A DNA stretch of 64,000 bases from Phallusia mammillata. Lineage: Eukaryota. The notes beneath the pieces are model-generated. The model did no database searches, was not told where the DNA came from, and saw nothing but the letters and a program-made list of their open reading frames with translations. Both the position numbers and the translations under genes were made by a program. The stretch covers positions 24,552,001-24,616,000 of the forward strand of contig OZ281494.1 of the NCBI GenBank assembly GCA_965637545.1. Reading direction: 5' to 3'. Numbering within the stretch: position 1 is the first letter of the stretch; each line of letters opens with the position of its first letter. This document shows, one piece after another, positions 55,501 through 64,000 of the stretch.

Positions 55501-57652
55501 TGATCCAGTGAACACCATCTCATCAATGTTAATAGTATTATTTAGGTCTATTAACAATCCTATACCAGTTTTCTAAAAAGATGTATGTTTAAAAAAAGAC
55601 ATGATATTTAGTTTCTGTAATGTTGAGAAAGACAAGAGGCAATATTTAAAACAGAATTAGCACATCCAACTTATTTAGTAATGTTAGATTTTACCTCTAT
55701 TTAAATGAGTTTCACTAGGATTTAATTTTTATCAATCAAGGAATGAAGTAAAGTCTTTCAGATGCTTCACTAAACTTTACTATAAAAATCCCTAAATTTA
55801 ATACAAGCTTCCATATCTATCATTGCAAGTTGTCATAGTTTTATTGTAGTTTACCTCCGCTATCTAAATCGTTGCTGATCTGGTCCAACATGAATTCGAA
55901 AAGACCATCCAATATTTCCAGCAAGTTGTAAATAGATGTTGGGTCACCAGCAACAACATACTGAGGTGAGATGTGAGATAAATCAACATGAAGATAGTCA
56001 TCTGCTAGGGTATCCACTACACATGATATGTTGTGATACTGGGCGTCGAGAGATGTACAGTCAGCTAAAACACCTTCAAAAATATTTGTTTTTGAGTTTA
56101 GTTCATTTGCTTGGTGAAAGAAATCATAGCGACACAATAGCACTAAAACAATCACCAAGCTGGAAACAGTTGCACAGCGTTAAAACATTATGGAGCACTA
56201 AACAACAAGTGTAGAATTCCTCTATTTCTCGACTTTTTTGGTTCTCGAGAAACGAGAAATTAAAACTTCATTTCTCGAGAATCTCAAGATTCTCGAAATT
56301 TTTATTTAGGCCGATTTTCTTACAAAAACTGTACAGATCTAATGCAACCAAGCGTGACTACTGCCTGGAAAGGTGAAAGTTTAGTGGCAATGCACATTAA
56401 AAATCGCTGTTTCGGGAGCAAAAGATAAAGTAACGTGCCCAGTGCGCCCTAGGGGCGAGTTGCAACAAAAAATAAACATAAAAAGAGGTGTCGCATTTAC
56501 TCTTTGTTTAAGATACATGACGTAATTTCTCGACGAGAATTTCTCGAGAAGGAACTCTAAACAAGAGCACATTAGTGGATGATAGCTGAACAAGCTGCAG
56601 CTACAACGCAAGCAAATATAAATACATTTAAATAATCAACTTTGAAAAGAATGTTATAATTTACTTTTTTGGAAATTATAAAATAAAGCCTAAGTGACTT
56701 TGACCAAATGAGTTTCCAACATTAATGCCAGTGACTGGCAATTTTATTGCGATTGAACCACAAAAAACAAATGTAGGTTTAACTCACCAACAGGCAATTC
56801 TCCCATCACAGCATTGTATATTGTGAGAATGAAATCACTAGTGCATTGTGAAGCAAGGTCAACTTTGATGTTCAAGTCACACTTTACTGACATAGCATTT
56901 GCCAATCGAACAACATCTGAACAAAGTTAATTTTTAGGAGTTTTTCAGCACCTCTGCATACATTGCATTATTGAAAGAAATGTTTGAATGTTAGGGAATT
57001 CAGGGTTTTTGACATACAATCTGCAATGTACGGTTGTGGGGTCAATTCACGATGTGTGTTAAACAAATTAGAGCTGATTTGCTGACTTATTGATTTACCT
57101 TCAAACAAATACAGTTTGACTTTGAGCGAGTGTGCCGGATGGGACAACTAAGGTTTTGTCTCCGGACGACGGGACAACCGGACAACTAAGGTTTTGTCTC
57201 CAAAGTATTAACAAAAATATGTCTTTAAACCTACCATGTTCGGTAATAAACTCCATTATTTGTTTAAATTTTGCTTCCTGGCGACTTTTGTTCCTTTTCT
57301 TAATGCAGGTTTATGTTACTCACCAGAAGAAACAAAAATTCTACCTTTTTACCATTTAAAACTAACCGCTTTGGTTTGTTTACAAACGACGTAAGGGGAT
57401 TTTTCCTCATAAAAATGTTAAAACAAAGTATTATTTACGAAAGGGAAATATATGTTAAAAATCTGTTGTATGTATTTTTTTTTTTAAATTTATAGTTCAT
57501 TGTGAATTCCTTTTTTGGTTTGCACTTTTAATAAAAATATTGTTTCCCTTGAAAATTTGCGCCCGGACTTTGGTCATTGCTGTGACGAAAATGTGTTTTT
57601 CGTGATTTATTTTGTTTAGTGTGTTCTCACTTCCCTCTGCAAATCTCACCAT
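49567..57652 (-). CDS. CEP95: Centrosomal protein of 95 kDa (CEP95/CCDC45), multi-exon; first 22-nt coding exon (57652-57631) tentative
   Basis: N-terminal DVVRLANAMSVKC...HNISCVVDTLADDYLHVDLSHISPQYVVAGDPTSIYNLLEILDGLFEF; middle LLPLLISEFPGL...AWKKQFRQIE; C-terminal coiled coil RRYYRDYQLQMRARMLKRRTKEEKLFRNLFEEGLDIQRSRLRELRKYA...ENYYKDQFAILAE...RDDEDVYFREMEADR; TGA at 49569-49567. Confidence 0.9.
51881..52552. mobile_element. Composite or decayed hAT MITE(s) in a CEP95 intron
   Basis: Left end CAGTGGTGCCCAACC and right end AGTTTGAGAATCACTG are both hAT-like, but they match each other poorly and the flanks ACCTCAAC / CTCTAATT are not a TSD. Confidence 0.5.
56212..56559. mobile_element. hAT-type MITE with TAG...CTA ends and repeated TTCTCGAGAA palindromes, 348 bp
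   Basis: TAGAATTCC / GGAACTCTA ends; TSD AACAAGTG / AACAAGAG (1 mismatch); numerous TTCTCGA/CGAGAA sub-terminal motifs at both ends. Confidence 0.8.
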
Positions 57653-57994
57653 GAAAAAATGTTTAATTGTGTTTAGTTTGTGTCCCCCAAAAAATATTCT
57701 AGCAATTTACCACAATCACATTTGTTTCGCATCAGCAGTACAAACGAAAGTGTACGTTTACTACGCAACATGTACTCAAATGCAATTCATGCTGCCAGTG
57801 GCAAGGCACCACCATGGCGCGTTTTATTTAGTAATATTGACATGGTTTTACTAATTTTAGTTTAGATGAGAGAAACTGCAGCCGTGTCGAGTTTTATATA
57901 ATCTGGGTAAATAGTCAACTTTTTGAATTTAACGAAATGCAATTGCTTTTCAGCAAAATTCAGTTTCATTTTTAGAAAGAACAATTGTGGCAAC
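57653..57994. promoter_or_regulatory. Probable bidirectional promoter shared by CEP95 (-) and RPTOR (+)
   Basis: Only about 340 bp separate the divergent start codons. The call depends on the tentative CEP95 first exon; even from the confident second exon (about 56920) the gap is about 1.1 kb. Confidence 0.6.
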
Positions 57995-60900
57995 ATGGAA
58001 AAGCCTAAGGTTAAAATCACTGAAGACACAAATCCTGATGATGAAAGTGAGATAAGTATTCCAAATGATACTCCAACACCCATTGCATTTCAGGAAAAAC
58101 AGCATTATGAAAAAATTGTTGGAAGAAGCGAAATGACACAAACTTGGAGAATGAAAGAAAGGGTTGGTCTAAATTTTCACACACAAATTTACCTTATTTA
58201 TTTAATTTAAGCAAATGTGCATTTTTTAGTTGTTAAAACTATGGTCAAGATCCAAATGTTTAATCTTCGTCAGTGATATCTAATCTGCAAGTAAAGTACA
58301 TAACAAATGCGTAAAAAATAAGATAAATACTTTTTAATACAAATAAATATTTTTTTAATAGAATTTGTTGTTTAGTTTAAATTTTTTTAAACAAAATTAC
58401 CTTGATAAAACATTTTTAATCTTTGCACTCTAACTTTTTATTATGTACTGATTATTTACAGCAAACAGAAAATTTTATTGTAAAGGTTAATTGGTGTAAC
58501 TTACATACAGATGAAAACAGTGAGTGTTGCTCTCGTTCTTTGTTTAAATGTTGGTGTCGACCCTCCAGATGTGGTTAAAACTTCTCCTTGTGCAAGAAAA
58601 GAATGCTGGATAGGTCGGTTAAGTTGCTATTGCTCCATTGTTTTCTCAACTAAACATGACACTAAAACCATTTTAAACATTTGTCACAAACAAAATTTTG
58701 CAAGAAAAATCTCTGTGTACATGTATGAATAAATGACAATTTTGTTGATATAACTATTTTTAGATCCATTGAGCCACAGCCCACAAAAATAAAGTAATTT
58801 TGTTGATATAACTATTTTTAGATCCATTGAGCCACAGCCCACAAAAGGCATTGGATTCAATTGGGAACAGTTTGCAAAAGCAATATGAACGCTGGCAGCC
58901 AAGGGTTAGTAAGATGTTTTTAATAGATTTTTCATGAAAAATTTCCAAATTCATACAATCAATTTTTATTTTCTGCTTTGCTTCTGTAAGCTAACACGAA
59001 AAAAAGTAAACAGGTTGACAGTAGCTTTGAATAATTGCACAGGTCAAGACACTGAGAATGTCATTTTTCTTTGGATATGTCTTTATAGCTAATGGTGTTT
59101 TAAATTAAGTTATGCCACCGTGGAGGCTTCAAATTTTAATTGAAGTGTGGTCAGTAAATACAGAGCAAACAAGTCTAATTATTTATTTTTTCTGAGCAGA
59201 TTGACATATCTGTTTCTGTAACCTAACAGTATGGATAGAATCTCTTGCAAACATTTTTTCGATGGCAACTTATTCAAAACTAAAAACTTCTGTAAAGATT
59301 CCACACCCCTGTTCTGAAGAATAGTCTTAGAAAAGCAGTTCTAATGTTAAAACTATTGTTATTCTCATTGATTTGCTAACATATGTTTTGTTTTTAGGCA
59401 AGATACAAGCAGAGTCTTGATCCAACAGTAGAAGACATAAAGCGACTTTGCACATCCCTTAGGCGTAATGCTAAAGAGGAAAGAGTTTTGTGTCACTATA
59501 ATGGACATGGAGTTCCAAGACCTACTACGAATGGAGAAATTTGGGTGTTTAACAAGGTAACTAAAATTTAAAAGTATTTATAAAAAAATTTTTGTTTATT
59601 TGAACAAATTTTAAAGCAGCAATTTTTTTTACTATTATTCAGTGTTTAATATACATAACAATATGAGATGTTAGTAACAGGAGTAATTAGGCAAAAATGT
59701 GTTTTCCTAGAAAACAAACATTATAAATTTCTGAAATTTTCTCGGTGCAACCCTGATAACAGCACTTAGTTAACCATTGCCTACTGCTACAATGTATTTT
59801 ATGACTTGTTGTTGCAGTTATATAGTGACCTAGATTGCATTTAAACAATTCTACCGTTTTTTTAAACACTCTCTATTGTGTGTTTGATGTTTGTATTAGT
59901 ATGTTTATGAAAACATTGCAAAAAAATGCCTAAAGTGTGTCAAGTAACTTTATGTTAAAAGCTAAGAATTTTTTTTGTGTACTTTAGGAGGGGATCTGGT
60001 AACACTGGACCACACAAAATCATTGATTATTAAGTGTTTTGTAATAATGAGTTTAAGTTTACTAATGTAACAATTAAATTGAAACATGTCACTTTCATTT
60101 TTATGAACAATTGGCTTGTGATCTACATGCAAATTTAATACAATAAGTTTGTGCATGCAGTTAGAAATGGAGGAAGTGCTAAAACGACTGTAGGCATTAA
60201 GTCATCAGACATTCCATGAACAATCCCAAAATGCCTGCTCTGATTCACCATTGTTTATCTTTTGGCTAAAGTTCAGCCAAAAATGTACACTAACGTACAA
60301 ACCACTGTTAACAATATTTATTTTGTTACAGACCTACACACAGTACATTCCTTTGTCAATATATGACCTGCAATCTTGGATGGGCAGCCCTTCAATCTTT
60401 GTGTATGATTGTTCATGTGCAGGTCTCATAGTTAGTTCGTTCAAATCGTTTGCTGATCAACGACAACAAGACATGAAGGTAGAAGTGTTGCTCAAAATAA
60501 CTGCCATTCAACATAATATACTTGTCAAGTAGTTAAATGTATGTTTATTTTGCAATCCAGGTCAACTTTTAGTATTTTTCAACACCGAAATAAAAAACTT
60601 TTTGAAATAATACTGAAAAAAGCTTGATTTTGCTTCAAAGTTATACATATAGATTTTGTCACCCACTTTAAGGGTAAAACTTGCATTTATAACCTGCAGA
60701 TGAATGGAGGGCGCTTATCACCGGGGGCAACAATGTGTGATGTTCGGAACTGCATACAATTGGCTGCCTGTTCAGCAACTCAGCTTCTTCCAATGAACCC
60801 AGAACTTCCAGCTGATCTTTTCACAGCTTGTCTCACCACACCAATAAAGATCGCCCTCCAGTGGTTCTGTCACCAGCGGCAAGATTCTCTTTCTCCTGGC

Positions 60901-63900
60901 GTGACACTTGACCTAATTGAAAAGTATGTAAAGTTTTTATTTAAATAACTTCTTGGTTAAATTAATTGTTTAATTAAACTAAATTGGCTAGAGTTATGAG
61001 TAGAAATAAATGAGCTTTTGCTGGCAGGCATAATGTATAAACGAGTATTGCTCTTCCAGCAGTTTTTACTACAATATTCGCCGTTCAACGCCCCATACAC
61101 AAACTTCGATTTGAAATGTTTACAGCAAATTTGTGGTTTAAAATTTAGAAAACTAAATCGAAATTTTATAATATTTTGGCAGAATATTTTATGATTTACA
61201 CAACATTTTTGAATGATTTGAACAATAAGCTGGTTTTAAACACTTATTGTTAATTTGACCTTTGTCGTGTTTTATGTGTTGTTACATGTTATCTCCCATG
61301 TCATCACTTTAATTTATATTATACAGCACAAAATTTAATTTCTGCAATTTTACTGTGCCCTTCCTTTTAGAATTCCAGGTCGATTAAATGATAGAAGAAC
61401 TCCACTTGGTGAATTAAACTGGATATTTACTGCCATTACTGACACAATTGCCTGGAATACATTGCCAAGAGGTACTACTCATTACATCTCCTATGAAATT
61501 GCCATTACTATTCTTGAACATTAAAATATTTTTTTTGCTGTTGTTACCAAACAATTTTTATTGCTTGGTCTTACACTATGAGTAATTATGTATCTGATGT
61601 TGAATGAAGATATTGGTGTTCAAAATGTGTGTATAGGTTTCTCCTTCTAAAATTTTGCCAAGATTGTTGAGTGGTTAGTCGTTAGAGTAATCATCTTGTG
61701 CTCACAAGGTTGCTGGTTCTAATCCCATCTTAACTACTTGTGTCTCTAATAACAAAAAAACTAAGTGACATTGGTCCGCCGCAAAGGAACCTAATGTCGC
61801 CCACTACTAAATGCTATAAAAGAAAAAACAATTAATTTTAACAGTAAAATGTTTTTGTGTGTTTGTAGAGTTGTTTCAAAAACTGTTTCGTCAAGATTTG
61901 CTTGTTGCAAGTTTATTCCGTAATTTCTTGCTTGCTGAAAGAATCATGAGATCATATAAATGCACGCCTGTTTCTCAACCAGCTTTGCCACCTACTTTCA
62001 GGTAAACTTTATTTCCCGTATTTTTTAACATTTTGTTCTCTTGTAATGAATATTTTGCAGTCAATGTTAAGTTTTAAGGTTAACCTTTATGCACTAGCGT
62101 GAAATATATTAACTGCATGTAAACTTTAAGGTGGTTGTACAAACTGTGCAGTTGCTTAAAAGTGAATTGAATCGATACAAACTTACCCATGCCAGCAAAG
62201 TATTTTGAGGTTTAAGTCATGAAATATTCATGTTTCATTTTCAGGCACCCAATGTGGGTGGCCTGGGACCATGCAGTTGAAGTTTGTTTATCTCAACTAC
62301 CTCTTATGCTTGCCGAAGAATCAACCTACGTTTTCAAGGTGTGTGATACAGATTTAACATACTACTAACTTTTAGATCTATTAGGACTAAGGAAAAATTG
62401 GACTGGGTTTTGATATCATTTTGATAATTAATTTTCCAACCAGTAACCTAGTGGGACATGGGTTTTCACTTTTCAGGGTGTCTGTAAATGCCATAAAAGC
62501 ATTTTACACTTAATCTGGTCAATGCAATAAACATTGGTCCCACTGTGCTGGACCATTTAAAGATGCTATTGTTTGCTTTTTTGCAGAACTTTTACGACAA
62601 AACACTCTAAACTTTATTGCTCAAAATTTCTTATCTGAAAGGACACCACATTTTTTGCTATGTATATCCAAACTTGCACTTTTTTTATTTATCCTTAAAA
62701 TTTTTAGAACTCTCCTTTCTTTGCTCAACATCTTACAGCTTTTCAAGTTTGGCTGTCACTTGGTGTGGAGGGACGTGACCCACCTGAGCAACTTCCTATT
62801 GTGTTACAGGTACACACTTTTCAACTCATTACTTTACTCGAATATTTACTAAAATAAAAGTTTTTGTGACCAAACTTGTTTGTTTTTGATGTTTATCGAG
62901 GTTTTGCCATCTCAAATGGCTTTGTTTTGCCATCTCAAAACAGTAAATTGGTTCAATTTTTAATACAATATTGATTGTAACCTCTTTTCATCAAAAACAG
63001 GTTCTGTTAAGTCAAGTTCATCGACTTCGTGCCCTTGACCTTCTTGGACGTTTTCTTGACCTTGGCCCATGGGCTGTGAGTCTGGCCCTCTCAGTTGGAA
63101 TTTTTCCATATGTGTTAAAACTCCTGCAAAGTCTAGCAAAGGAATTGCGACCATTGCTGGTGTTTATATGGGCCAAAATACTTGCTGTTGACAGCGTAAG
63201 TGTTTTTTTAATTTATTGTTATGTTTTTTGTTTTTTTGAAACTGAAAAGACCTTTGTGTAACCTCTAATCCTTAATCTCAACTTTTAATTTTGCATAACA
63301 TCCATTTTATCTGTTTTTTTTGCCAAACCTTTGTTTTTTCATAGACATGTCAAGGTGACCTTGTGAAAGATGGTGGTCACCAATATTTTCTTCGCGCTTT
63401 GCAAGACCCACAAATGTCAGCATCACATAGGACAATGGCAGCATTTGTATTAGCCGAGGTTGTCAATGGCAACTCAGCAGGCCAAGAAGCTTGTCTCACT
63501 CGAAATATTGTGTCTATCTGTCTGGGACAACTTGATGATGAAACAATAGTTACAAACCCAAAGTTGAAACAATGGGTGGCAATTTGTTTAGGTAGGTGCT
63601 TATTTTTTGTCTGAAATTGGTGTAGTAAATCACTTACAAGAATATTAAATTGTGCATCTGTTATATTTTCTGGAAATCTTTGTGAACTGTTTTGGACGGA
63701 AAATTTGAACTGAGCTATGTACTGTGTTCAATAGCATTGGTGAAGGGTTTTCATGTTTGGAAGTAACCCTTTAGAGCTGCGATTTAAATAAAAATATATT
63801 TTGAAAGTCATTTTTATTGCAGGTCGAGTTTGGACAAATTATGATGAGGCTCGATGGAGAGGAGTAAGAGATCAAGCTCATGAGCGATTGTATGAGTTAC

Positions 63901-63920
63901 TTAATGACCCACAACCTGAG
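57995..63920 (+). CDS. RPTOR: Regulatory-associated protein of mTOR (Raptor), N-terminal part; the gene continues beyond the window
   Basis: Spliced frame ...TWRMKER|[34 protein letters not shown]|[19 protein letters not shown]|[43 protein letters not shown]...[17 protein letters not shown]...[28 protein letters not shown]...[44 protein letters not shown]: the RNC domain and first HEAT repeats. Confidence 0.97.
58739..58846 (+). repeat. 58-bp-period tandem duplication spanning a RPTOR intron/exon junction
   Basis: ATTTTGTTGATATAACTATTTTTAGATCCATTGAGCCACAGCCCACAAAA occurs identically at about 58739 and about 58797. Confidence 0.97.
61657..61828 (+). mobile_element. tRNA-derived SINE in a RPTOR intron
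   Basis: TTGAGTGGTTAG (A-box-like) ... CACAAGGTTGCTGGTTCTAATCCC (B-box-like) ... A-rich tail ATAAAAGAAAAAA; shares blocks with 23180-23335. Confidence 0.72.
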
Positions 63921-64000
63921 GTAAATTATTATTGCATTTTAGAAATTCTCATGTTCACTTGTTGCAGTAAAGGACGAAATTTGTCAATTAAGCCCATTTC

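Noticed and set aside
57790-57806. GCTGCCAGTGGCAAG as an RFX X-box for the ciliary gene CEP95
   Set aside because: It mismatches both ends of the GTNRCC-N0-3-RGYAAC consensus.

Overview
Eukaryotic, AT-rich, intron-dense genomic DNA. Compact GT-AG introns and vertebrate-like gene content suggest an invertebrate chordate such as an ascidian; this is inference and the species cannot be determined from the sequence. The ORF track is mostly exon fragments, so I rebuilt six spliced genes by hand, matching GT/AG boundaries and reading phase: SECISBP2L/SBP2 (+, 5' end outside the window), AIP (+, complete, 330 aa), CYSTM1-like (-, complete, 144 aa), ZNF236 (+, complete), CEP95 (-, first exon tentative) and RPTOR (+, runs off the 3' end). 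Protein-family calls rest on recalled human motifs, not on database searches. Introns and intergenic DNA carry many non-autonomous hAT-type MITEs, several with perfect 8-bp target-site duplications. They also hold a Helentron-associated (HINE/DINE-1-like) element with a 157-bp satellite array, tRNA-derived SINEs and a truncated LINE. The most notable oddity is a 58-bp tandem duplication of a RPTOR 3' splice site that creates an identical upstream decoy acceptor leading to a stop codon. Others are the very tight head-to-head CEP95/RPTOR arrangement, two unexplained hairpins and a dense CRE/bZIP motif cluster. I found no prokaryotic-type system (CRISPR, operon) and no clearly new multi-gene system.
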